From an uncultured Acidobacteriota bacterium (GTDB lineage Bacteria > Acidobacteriota > Polarisedimenticolia > J045), in assembly GCA_963702425.1 (NCBI GenBank), contig CAVPCQ010000015.1:64001-128000 (forward strand): 64,000 nt of DNA, read 5' to 3'. A model generated the notes under the pieces. The model did no database searches. It saw only the letters and a program-made list of their open reading frames with translations, and was not told the origin of the DNA. Both the position numbers and the translations under genes were made by a program. How positions within the stretch are numbered: the first letter of the stretch is position 1; every line of letters begins with the position of its first letter. This document shows, piece by piece, positions 9,725 through 22,663 of the stretch.

Positions 9725-10992
9725 ATGAACAGGTTCGTTTCGTGCGTGGCGGGGCTTCTGCTTGCGTTCGGCGTCGCCGCCAGCCCGGCGGCCGCCCAGG
9801 AGGTCAAGCCGGCGGAGAAGTAGGAGGAGCCCAAGACGACGGTGGATGCGTCGAAGGGCGGCGCCACCTTCAAGTCCGGCAACAACAGCCTGACGATCGG
9901 CGCCCGCCTGCAGTCCGTGGACCGGCGAGGACCGCGAGGACTTCGACGGCGACACGATCGGTTCCGGCAAGGGGGAAGCGGACGGCTTCACCAGCGCGTT
10001 CGACGTCGCGCGGATGCGCTTGACGCTCAAGGGCGGGATGTGGAAGCCCTGGCTCAAGTACGAGTTCCAGTACGAGTTCGCCCGCACGAGCGGCGCCTCG
10101 AGCAACAAGATCAAGGACGCCTACATCGAGGGCGAGACGTCGAAGACGACGGCGCTCAAGTTCGGGCAGTACAAGGTCCCGTTCAGCCTGCAGCAGCTCA
10201 TCTCGTCGGGACGCCAGGAGTTCGTCGACCGTGCGATCACCGACGCCAAGTTCGACCCGGGCCGGGACGTCGGGCTGAGCCTGTGGGGCACAGCCGCCGG
10301 GAAGCGTTTCGGCTACCAGGTCGGCGTGTTCAACGGCAGCGGCGAGGGCAACCCGCAGGACGACAGCGCGGACCTCTACGTCGGTCGCGTGGTCTGGAAC
10401 CCGTTCGGCGAGTTCAAGCTGTTCGAGTCCGACCTCGACGCTCCGGGCGCGAAACCGGCCCTGCACTTCGGCCTCGCCTACCGGACCGGCGAGCCGGGAG
10501 GGTCTGGTGAGCGCCGGGGTCTTCGAGAACGCCGACGACTAGACGGCGTGGACCTTCGAATCGGCCTTCCGCGGCTACGGGCTCTTCGCGCTCGCCGAGT
10601 ATTTCCGGATGACCGACCAGCTGAGCAACCCGCTCCCGGACCGGGACGTGGACTCCTGGGGCTACGACCTGCAGGTCGGCTACATGATCGTTCCGAAGAC
10701 CTTCGAGATCGCGCTGCGCTACGCTCTCATCGACCCGGACAAGAGCGTTGACGACGCGGACGTGGACGAGTGGCGCCTGGGGTTCAACTACTTCTTCGCC
10801 GGTCACAACCTGAAGCTGCAGGCGGACCTCGGCACGGTGGGCTACGGCAGCAACTACCTCGCCCTGCCGCTCGTCGCGCGGCGCGGCCTGCCGCTGCTCG
10901 GGACGCGGGTCGGCGTCAGCACCAGCGACCCGTCCACCTGGCAGGCGTTCACCGACAAGGTCGCACGACTGCAGTTCCAGCTCTCGTTCTAA
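9725..10992 (+). pseudogene. Phosphate-selective porin (OprO/OprP-like), disrupted
   Basis: GGAGG RBS then signal peptide MNRFVSCVAGLLLAFGVAASPAAAQ. Porin motifs 'R.RLTLKG', 'IKDAY', 'GQYKVPFS', 'GVFNGSG' and a C-terminal aromatic 'RLQFQLSF'. In-frame TAGs at 9821-9823 and 10540-10542, frameshifts at ~9914-9917 and ~10500. Confidence 0.8.
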
Positions 10993-11011
10993 CCGCGAGC
11001 GGGCGCGCCCG

Positions 11012-11163
11012 CTGTTCGGGCGTTCCGGGCCGGGCGATGCCCCGTGTGTTTCCGATCCCGAACGCACCGCGTACCGCGCGTTCGGACTGGAGCGCGGCGG
11101 CTGGTCCGGGCGTTCCGCCACGAAAACGCGGCCGACCTCCCCGACGACGAGGAACTCACCCGG
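11012..11163 (+). pseudogene. Remnant of an AhpC/TSA-like (peroxiredoxin-like) redox protein
   Basis: Hand translation gives LFGRSGPGDAPCVSDPERTAYRAFGLERG in one frame, then LVRAFRHENAADLPD in another. These match two separated conserved blocks (SDP.R..Y.AFGL.RG and FRH..AAD.PD) with the middle missing and no start codon. Confidence 0.5.
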
Positions 11164-11194
11164 GGAGCCGGCCGGCAGGGGCGACCTGCTCCGA

Positions 11195-13099
11195 TCATTC
11201 GCCGGAGAAGTTGACGACCACCACGACCTCGGATTCGACGGCGCGGCTGCCGAGCGTCGCCGGACGATAGCGCCACTGCCGGACCGCGGACTCTGCCGCC
11301 TTGCCGAAGCCGACGACCGGCTTGGGCTCGGAAATCACGGTGACGGCGCCGACGCTCCCATCGGAACGCACCTTGAGCTGCAGCTTGACCTGCCCGGACA
11401 TCCGCATCTGCCGGGCCCCCGCGGGGAAGACCGGCGTGGCGCGCGAAGCGGCGATCAGTTCCGGGCCGACGTAGCGGGCCAGTGACGCGTCGGGCGGCGT
11501 CTGCGCCGCGGGCAGCGTGCCGTCGGGTGCGACGTCGGGGATGAACTCGGCTTCCGGCTGTGGCACCGGCGGAGCGGCGGTCGTAGCCGGCGTCGCGATC
11601 ACGGCAGACTCGGTCAACGTCGGCGGGGGCGGGGTCGAGGCCGTCGGAGGCGGAGCCGCTCCGTCGGACGGCACGGACCTCGCCGGGACGACGTTTCCGG
11701 TGGACGCCGGGGTCCCCTGCGCTTCCCGCGGGGCGAGACCGGTTTCCGCCGCGGGACGTGCCGGAGGAGTCGGCGCCGACGAGACCGGAGGGAGAGTCGC
11801 GGGGGGCTTCTTCGCCTCGATCGCCGGGGCGGCCGCGGCGTCGGCGACCACCGGCCCCTCGACAGCCGGTTGCGGCCCAGCGGGGGGGGCCTCCCGTGGA
11901 GCGGCGACCGCTGTGTCGGCGGTCTCCTCGCCCGGTTCCCCGAGCTTCTGCAGCGCCACGAAGGCGACGCCGATCCCGATCAGCGCGACGGCAGCGGCAA
12001 TCGCCACCGGCCGCACCAGGTTGAAGCCGGGACGCGCGGGCGCCACTTCGGCGGTCGGCCCGACCGGCGAGGCCGGAACGGCGGCGGTCTGCGCCTTTGA
12101 CGGCGCGGCGACCGGCGCGATGGGCTTCGCCACGGCGGGCCCGGAGTGCGCGATGCCGACGACCGGGCCTGTCGGCTGGGGCGCGCCGGCAGCGGGACGC
12201 GGGACGGCCGGAACCAGCGGGAGGGCGGGGCGCGGGGAAACCGTGAGTGGCGTCGCGATGGGCGACGTCGTCGGTGCGCTCGACTTCACTCTCCCGGTGG
12301 GGGTCCGCTCGACGTCGGCCTCGGCAGGCCCCGACTGTTCCAGCAGCGCGGCGGAAACCGTGGCGCCGGCATTGCGGGCCGAGGGCGTGGCAGCGGTCGC
12401 GACGGTATCGCGGGGCACCGGCGCGGCGGCGGCGCGGGCGCTGGTGGCGACCGCGCCGGTCGGTCCGCGCTCCGGGACCGATGCGACGCCCCCGGTCCGG
12501 GGCCCCGTCGCCGATCCGGTACCCGTTGGAGCGACGGCGTCCCCGTCCGCGAACCACTGCGCGAACATCTGGTCCACCATGTTCTCGAGTTCGTTTTCCG
12601 GGGGAGGCGGCGTGCGCTGCCCGCTCGCGGTGGTGATCTCCCCGGGGCTCGCCGGCGAGGTGGTCCGAACCGGCGGAGGCGCGGCGGACGGGGCAGCCGT
12701 CGGGACGGCGGGCAGGGAACCGGCGTGTCCCAGCGCACGCTCGGCCGCCGCGAGCAGCAGCCGATCGTCCTTGGGCCGCTCGAGGAACAGCTCGGCGCCG
12801 GCGTCGCGGGCGAGCGCCTTCCAGCGCGCCCCGTGCAGGGAACGGGACGCGAGGATGATCGGCACCTGCCGGGCCGGACCGAGCCGCTCGGCCAGGCTGG
12901 CGCACAGGCGCATCCCCTCGTTTTCGTCCGGCCGGGCCGGATCGATCACGACCAGGGCCGGAGTCCCCGCCGCCAGCGCCCGGTCGAGCTCGGCGTGGCT
13001 GCGGGCCAGCGTGAACGGGATCCCGCGGGTGGCGAGCAGGGCCCCGGTCAACTCGGCGGCGACGGGGTCGAAGTCGATCAGCAATACGCGCTTGTCCAA
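11195..13099 (-). CDS. Receiver-domain / TonB C-terminal domain fusion membrane protein
   Basis: N-terminal degenerate REC fold, long Pro/Ala linker, one TM (VAIAAAVALIGIGVAFVAL), Pro-rich spacer, TonB_C (P.FP..AR....SG.V.L...V..DG.V, AVRQWRYRPA, VVVNF). TTG start after GAGG. Confidence 0.8.
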   Translation of the reverse strand: MDKRVLLIDFDPVAAELTGALLATRGIPFTLARSHAELDRALAAGTPALVVIDPARPDENEGMRLCASLAERLGPARQVPIILASRSLHGARWKALARDAGAELFLERPKDDRLLLAAAERALGHAGSLPAVPTAAPSAAPPPVRTTSPASPGEITTASGQRTPPPPENELENMVDQMFAQWFADGDAVAPTGTGSATGPRTGGVASVPERGPTGAVATSARAAAAPVPRDTVATAATPSARNAGATVSAALLEQSGPAEADVERTPTGRVKSSAPTTSPIATPLTVSPRPALPLVPAVPRPAAGAPQPTGPVVGIAHSGPAVAKPIAPVAAPSKAQTAAVPASPVGPTAEVAPARPGFNLVRPVAIAAAVALIGIGVAFVALQKLGEPGEETADTAVAAPREAPPAGPQPAVEGPVVADAAAAPAIEAKKPPATLPPVSSAPTPPARPAAETGLAPREAQGTPASTGNVVPARSVPSDGAAPPPTASTPPPPTLTESAVIATPATTAAPPVPQPEAEFIPDVAPDGTLPAAQTPPDASLARYVGPELIAASRATPVFPAGARQMRMSGQVKLQLKVRSDGSVGAVTVISEPKPVVGFGKAAESAVRQWRYRPATLGSRAVESEVVVVVNFSGE

Positions 13100-13280
13100 G
13101 GGAAGACCTCGGGTCGTGCCTCTCTGGAGAAGCTAGGTCGCAGGAGTGCGCTGATCAACGCGGTCGTCCGGGGGCCGCCGCCCTCACGGGAGGGGGCGGG
13201 GAGGGGGTCCGGGACGACCTCGAGGCGGCCCTCCGACTGCGGTCAGGGGGGCCGGGCCGGCACGGCGGCCGGGCCCCTCC

Positions 13281-14269
13281 CTACTGCTTGCGCTTGAACT
13301 GGACGAGTTCGATCAGCGCGTCGGCCGGAGCCCCGGCGCCGAGCCGCTTGGCCGCATCCGCCTGGGCCAGGGCCTCGTCATACAGCTCGAGACGAAGGAG
13401 CGTTTCGGAGTACGCCAGGCGCGCGTCAACATTCGAGTCCCGGATCTCGACCGCCCGCTCGAGCTGGACCGCCGCCTCCTCGAGGCGTCCGGCCGCGGCG
13501 AGCAGGTTCCCGAGAACGAGCCGGATTTCACCGTCGTCCGGAACCAACGCCACGACCCGGCTCCAGTAGACGATTGCGCTGTCGGTCCTGCCCAGTAGCT
13601 CCATGATGCGCGCCACGCGCATCTGAACCCTTGCGTTATCGAGGCTGTTCTCCGCAGCCTGCTGCATGATCAGCAGCCCCTCGGGGGTCTTGCCATCGTT
13701 GTAGAGGAACAGCCCGAGATTGAACTGGGCGCCGCCGTTCTTCGGATCGAGCTTCACCGCCCGGCGCAGGTAATCTTCCGCCTCGGCGTTCGACAGCTGC
13801 TTCCAGCGGATCGAGCCCGCCATGAAGTAGGCTTCCGCCGCGAGGCGGTTCGGCGCCAGTGGCGAGCGGGCGGCGCGCAGCGCGACATCTGCGGCCTCAG
13901 CGTCACGTTTTGCGGCGGCAAGTCCCTTGGCGTAGAGCAGCATCACCGCCGGCTCGTCCGGCGCCATGCCTGAGGCGCGTGCGAGCGCCGCGAGCCCCTC
14001 ATCGACATTTCCGGACCGTACCAGCGCGAGCCCGTACTGGGCCCGGCGCTCCGGATCGTTTGGCCTGGCCCTCGCCTCGGCCTCGAGCTGCGCCAGGTCA
14101 GGGCGCGCCTCGGCCCCCGTCGGTTCCGGGCCGGGGGCGAGCGCGGCCGACGCGGAGGGGGGGGCGCGGGAGGCGGAGGGGCCTGCGCCTGCGCACCCGG
14201 CGCGAGGCCGATCGCGAGTGCACAGAGTATGCCCACGGCGCTCCCGCGCGGATCGCTCGCGAGCCGCAT
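13281..14269 (-). CDS. Secreted TPR-repeat protein, frameshifted at a G8 tract (14157-14164)
   Basis: The ATG overlaps the upstream stop (TGATG). Signal peptide MRLASDPRGSAVGILCALAIGLAPGAQA is in one frame and the TPR array in another. The frames join if the homopolymer is 9 or 6 nt long. Confidence 0.72.
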
Positions 14270-15672
14270 CACGCGCCCTCGCGCAAGCGCGCGCTCGCCA
14301 GCCGAACCAGTCCGTGGTGCTCGAGCCGCTTGTAGAGGTTCGAGCGCGGCGTTCCGATCGCCTGCGCCGTGCGGGTGATGTTCCAACCGTTCTCCTCCAG
14401 TCGCGCCAGGAGGTAGTCACGCTCCGAGCGCTCCTTGAACTCACGCAGCGTCGGTGCGCCGAGCCAGCTCCCGGCCGGGGTCGCGGTCGTCGTATCGGTC
14501 CCTGGCAGATCCCCGAGTTCGACCACGTCTCCGGGCGCCAGGATCAGCGCCCGCTCGATGACATTCGACAGTTCGCGCACATTCCCCGGCCAGGAACGCG
14601 CTGCCAGTTCCGCCAGCGCAGCGGGAGAGAAGCGCCGCGGCCGGAAATTGTTGTCCTCCGTGGCCCGCCGTGCCAGCTGCTCGACGAGCGCTGGCACATC
14701 CTCGCGCCGCTCGCGCAGCGGCGGAATGGGAATCGGAAGGACCGAGAGACGGTAGTAGAGATCCTCGCGAAAGCGGCCCGCGGCGAGCTCTCTCCGCAGG
14801 TCCTTGTTCGTCGCAGCGATCACGCGCACATCGACCAGGATCGGCGCGCCGGCGCCGAGCGGCTCGATCTCGCCCTCCTGGAGCGCCCGCAGCACCTTGG
14901 CCTGCGTGCGCAACGACATGTCGCCGATCTCGTCGAGGAAGATCGTCCCGGCGTGGGCCCGGGCGAAGCGCCCCTTCTGGCGCGCGCTCGCCCCGGTGAA
15001 CGACCCCTTCTCGTGCCCGAAGAGCTCGGACTCGATCAGCTCGTCCGGGATCGCCGCGCAGTTGACCTTGATGAACGGCCCCTCCGAGCGCGACGAGGCT
15101 CGATGGATGGCGCGCGCCACGAGTTCCTTCCCCGTCCCCGACTCGCCGGTGATCAGCACCGTGGCCTGGGCGGGTCCGGCGCGCGCGATGAGTTCGCGCA
15201 CGCGCGTCATCGCGACCGAGTCGCCGACCAGCTGGTGACGATCCTCCTCGTCGTGGCGCCGCGAGGCAAACTCCTCGCGCAGGTGCGCGCGCTCGAGCAG
15301 GCCGGCGATGCGCGTCAGCACCACGTCCCGCTCGAGCGGCTTCTCGAGGAAATCCTGCGCCCCGAGCCGCAGCGCAGAGACCGCGGTCTCGATCGTGCCG
15401 TGGCCCGACACCATCAGGACCGGCAGCCCCGGGTGGAGGCCGCGAATCCGCTCCAGCGCGTCCAGCCCGGACATCCCCTTCATCCGGATGTCGAGCAGCA
15501 CGGCGTCGGCGGGGGAGCGGGAGAGGACCGACAGCGCGTCCTCCCCGCTCGCCGCCTCGAGGACCCGGTACCCCTCGTACTCGAGGATCATCCGCAGCGC
15601 GTCGCGGATCGCGGCCTCGTCGTCGACCACGAGGACCGTGGCACCGGGGTACCGCGAGGCCACGGCCGTCAC
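14269..15672 (-). CDS. Sigma54-dependent response regulator (NtrC/NtrX family)
   Basis: REC, AAA+ (GESGTGKEL, GSFTGA, FLDEIGDM, WPGNVREL), Fis-type HTH. Confidence 0.92.
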   Translation of the reverse strand: MTAVASRYPGATVLVVDDEAAIRDALRMILEYEGYRVLEAASGEDALSVLSRSPADAVLLDIRMKGMSGLDALERIRGLHPGLPVLMVSGHGTIETAVSALRLGAQDFLEKPLERDVVLTRIAGLLERAHLREEFASRRHDEEDRHQLVGDSVAMTRVRELIARAGPAQATVLITGESGTGKELVARAIHRASSRSEGPFIKVNCAAIPDELIESELFGHEKGSFTGASARQKGRFARAHAGTIFLDEIGDMSLRTQAKVLRALQEGEIEPLGAGAPILVDVRVIAATNKDLRRELAAGRFREDLYYRLSVLPIPIPPLRERREDVPALVEQLARRATEDNNFRPRRFSPAALAELAARSWPGNVRELSNVIERALILAPGDVVELGDLPGTDTTTATPAGSWLGAPTLREFKERSERDYLLARLEENGWNITRTAQAIGTPRSNLYKRLEHHGLVRLASARLREGA

Positions 15673-17300
15673 TTCCTCGCGGCGGGCGCGCGGAAGAAGA
15701 TCAGGGCCTGATCGCCGTCCATGGAGCGCACGATCGCCCGGACCACGTCGCCCGGCTTGATGCCCTGGACGACGCTCCGGAAGTCGGCCACGGTCGGCGT
15801 CGGCTTGCCGTTGACGTCGGTGATCACTGCACCCGGCTGCAGACCCTCGCGATAGGCATTGGAGGTCGGATCGACGGCGGTCACCAGGACGCCGCGGATA
15901 CCGCGCTTCTCCAGCATCTCGCGCATCTCGGGCCTGACCGGCCCGACCGTGATGCCGAGACTCGTCTCGCTCTCCGCTTCCTTGGGAGACGGCACGGGCG
16001 CAGCGCGGCCTTCCTCTTCTTCCAGCCCGATCCGCCGCTCGGCCAGCGTGACGTCGAGCGCCAGCTTCTGGCCACGCTTGGCCTGGGTGTCGAAGCGCCA
16101 GATGTCGAGCCGCACGACGTCTCCCGGCCGCTTCGCGCTGATCGCGTTGACCAGTTCGCTGCTGTTCGAGACCGGCCGGCCGTCGACGGAGATGATGACG
16201 TCTTCCTGCCGGACGCCGGCCTTCGCGGCCGGCGTGTCCGCGTCGACGCGCTGCACCACCGCGCCGCTGGCGTCGGGAAGGCCGTAGAAGGCCGCCCCGT
16301 TCTCGGAGAGCGGGCTGACCGACACGCCGAGATAGCCGCGGCGCACCGTGCCGGTGGTAACGAGCTGGTCGAGCGAGCGCCGGGCGGCGTCCATCGGGAG
16401 CGCGAAGCCGATCCCTTCGATCAGTCCCCCGCGGCCGCCGAACGGGCCGCCGTCGTTGCGGACGATCGCGGTGTTGATCCCGATCACCTCGCCCCGGGCG
16501 TTGAGCAGGGGGCCGCCCGAGTTACCGAAGTTGATCGCGGCGTCGGTCTGGATGTAGTCCCCGAGCTCGGTGGCATCGCCGTTCAGCCGCCGACCCTTGC
16601 CGCTGACGACGCCGGCGGTGACGCTGTTCCGGTACATGATCGGGTTGCCGATCGCGACGACCCACTCGCCGACGCGCAGCGCATCGGAGCTGCCGAGGGG
16701 CAGCGCGGCAAGCGGCTTGTCGGACTCGACCTTGATCACCGCAAGGTCGAGGTAAGGATCGATGCCGACCAGCTTGGCCTCGAACTCGCGGTCGTCGGAG
16801 GTCCTGACACGCAGGTCTTCCGCCTTCTCGACGACGTGCCGGTTGGTCATGATGTAGCCGTCGGTGGTGAAGAAGAAGCCCGAGCCGCCGGACCGCTCGG
16901 GGCGCGAGCGCGGCCGCTGTCCGTCCCCCGGTGCGTCGGGCGGCTGCTGCTCCTCTTCGAAGAAGCGGCGGAAAAGGGGGTTGTCCCGGAACATTTCATG
17001 CGGGTCCTGCGCGTCCTCGATGTAGCGCATCGAGGAGATCTGGACCACGGACGGGATCGCCCGTTCCGCGAGATCGGCGAACGAGGGGGGCGCGACCGCC
17101 GGCGCCGGGGGCGGCGGCGGGGCGAGCTTGAGCTGCGAGAGCTCCGCGTTCGCCGGGGCGAGCGCGGCCGCGCCGGGTCCGCCCGCTCCGAGCGGCGCGC
17201 CCGCGCCGCCCGCGGTCGGGGCCACGGTCGCCACCAGCGCGCCGAGACCGACCGCCGCGGAGAGCATCACCGTCATGCCGAAGAAACCCGTGGACTTCAT
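15669..17300 (-). CDS. HtrA/DegP(Q)-family serine protease with two PDZ domains
   Basis: TNRHVV, DLAVIK, TDAAINFGNSGGPL, two PDZ domains. GGAGGT RBS before the ATG at 17300. Confidence 0.92.
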   Translation of the reverse strand: MKSTGFFGMTVMLSAAVGLGALVATVAPTAGGAGAPLGAGGPGAAALAPANAELSQLKLAPPPPPAPAVAPPSFADLAERAIPSVVQISSMRYIEDAQDPHEMFRDNPLFRRFFEEEQQPPDAPGDGQRPRSRPERSGGSGFFFTTDGYIMTNRHVVEKAEDLRVRTSDDREFEAKLVGIDPYLDLAVIKVESDKPLAALPLGSSDALRVGEWVVAIGNPIMYRNSVTAGVVSGKGRRLNGDATELGDYIQTDAAINFGNSGGPLLNARGEVIGINTAIVRNDGGPFGGRGGLIEGIGFALPMDAARRSLDQLVTTGTVRRGYLGVSVSPLSENGAAFYGLPDASGAVVQRVDADTPAAKAGVRQEDVIISVDGRPVSNSSELVNAISAKRPGDVVRLDIWRFDTQAKRGQKLALDVTLAERRIGLEEEEGRAAPVPSPKEAESETSLGITVGPVRPEMREMLEKRGIRGVLVTAVDPTSNAYREGLQPGAVITDVNGKPTPTVADFRSVVQGIKPGDVVRAIVRSMDGDQALIFFRAPAARK

Positions 17301-17395
17301 GCCGAAACCTCCGGGACCCGTGGGGCCCGCCATGTGGCTCCTCGCTGCTGGGAGCCCAAAAGGGTGCGCCAGACGGCGCCCTCCCGCCAATCGTC

Positions 17396-18837
17396 TCAAT
17401 CCCAGAGGGCGTCGTTCCCCGCCACCGGGAAGCCCTCCTCCCGGTACTGCTTGATCTTGCGCTGCAGTGTTCTCAGACCGATCCCCAGCGTCTCCGCCGC
17501 CTGCGTCCGGTTGCCCGCGGTCAGCTCCAGCGTGCGCAGGATCACCTCGCGCTCGATTTCTTCCATCCGCCGCCCGACCATCGCGCCCGCGCTGCCCGGC
17601 GCCTCCGCGCCCGAGGCGGCCGGCGCAGCGGACACCGCGGCCCGCCGCAGCTCTTCCGGGAGCTGTGCCGTCCCGATCTCCTCGCCCGAGTGAAGAATGA
17701 CGATCGACTCCATCAGATTGCGTAGCTCGCGCACGTTGCCCGGCCACGGGGCCCGCTTCAGCAGCTGTGCAGCGTCCGCCGTCAGCACCGGCACCGCACG
17801 GTCGTTCTCCCGCGAGAAGCGCTCGAGAAACGCGGACGCGATCAGCGGGATGTCGTCGCGCCGCTCGCGCAGCGACGGGACCGCCAGCGTGACCACCGCC
17901 AGCCGGTAGAACAGGTCCTGCCTGAACGCGCCCTGGTCGGCCATCTGGCCCAGGTCGCGGTTGGTCGCGGCAAGCACCCGCACGTCGACGCGCACCTCTT
18001 CGGTGCCGCCGACCCGCATGAAGCGCTGCGACTCGAGCGCGCGCAACAGCTTGGCCTGCAGCGTCAGCGGCAGCTCGCCGATCTCGTCGAGGAAGAGGGT
18101 CCCGCCGTTGGCCACCTCGAACTTCCCGGACTTGCGGGCCTGTGCGCCGGTGAACGAGCCCCGCTCGTGACCGAACAGCTCCGATTCCAGGATCTCGTGC
18201 GGGATCGATGCGCAGTCGACCGGGAGGAAGGTCTGCCGCGCACGCGGCGAGAGCCGATGAATCGCGCGTGCGACCAGCTCCTTGCCCGTACCCGACTCGC
18301 CCAGGATCAGCACCGAGGAGCGTGCCGGCGAGACCTGCTGGAGCTTGCGGAACATCTCGACCATCGGCGCCGTGCGGCCGACCATCCCTTCGAATGCTCC
18401 GTCGTGGCGGAGGATGCTCTCGATCCCGCGATACTCGTTGACCTCACGCCCGAGACGGATCTTCTCCATCAGATTGGCGACCCGCGCGCGCAGCACTTCC
18501 AGGTTCACCGGTTTTTCAAGGTAGTCTTCGGCGCCGAACTTCATCGCACCGACCGCGGTCTCCACCGAGCCGAACGCGGTGATCATCAACGCGCCGATGT
18601 CGGGAACCATCTCCCGCGCGCGGCGCAGGACCTCGAGCCCGTCGATACCCGGCATCTTGAGGTCGGTCACGAGCAGTTCGATGTCCGGGTGCTCGCGCAG
18701 CCAGGCCAGCGCCTCGAGCCCGTCCGCGAACGGGAACACGTCGTAGCCGACGCGCTGCAGCGCGCGCGCCATCGCCTGGCGTCCGGCCGCGTCGTCGTCG
18801 ACGAGGATCAGCCGCCCCTTCGTGCCGTTCGCTTCCA

Positions 18838-18838
<1 letters not shown>
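17396..18838 (-). CDS. Sigma54-dependent response regulator (AtoC/ZraR-like)
   Basis: REC (VDDD, TDLKMP, KP), GESGTGKEL, GSFTGA, WPGNVREL, HTH 'GNRTQAAETLGI'. The ATG overlaps the ligA stop. Confidence 0.92.
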
Positions 18839-22425
<3,587 letters not shown>

Positions 22426-22427
22426 TC

Positions 22428-22433
22428 ATTATA
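22428..22433 (-). promoter_or_regulatory. Sigma70-type -10 element for the kinase-ligA operon
   Basis: Perfect TATAAT on the minus strand within an AT-rich island (22420-22510). Confidence 0.5.
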
Positions 22434-22663
22434 GGACGTATGGCAGATTACTTAACATTTACTGTAACACATTGATTCTTGGTTGTTCGGTTTCGGTCAC
22501 ACAATGAGTGGGCGCAGAAAGCGACTCGGCGGTACCCTCTTCGCCAAGGGTGCGGCCCGCTCGCTGCATCATCACCGCAGGTTAGGCGGTCTCCCGCGCC
22601 GCATCGGGCGCTCTTGCGGGAGAGTAGGCACACAGAGCGCGGGGTTTCGCCGGGGAGACGGAC

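Noticed and set aside
9821-10542. TAG recoding (pyrrolysine or alternative code) to explain the porin's two in-frame TAGs
   Set aside because: TAG ends many ordinary genes here (phoB, phoR, pstB, S9 peptidase), no pyl genes are present, and the same gene also has two frameshifts.
17355-17372. Sigma54 promoter upstream of degP (minus-strand TGGCGC...)
   Set aside because: There is no GC at the -12 position with the required spacing.
22495-22600. c-di-GMP-I riboswitch in the HTH-TPR leader
   Set aside because: The resemblance is superficial (gtgggcgcagaaagc). The GGCAAAC/GAAA P2 and P3 elements are absent.
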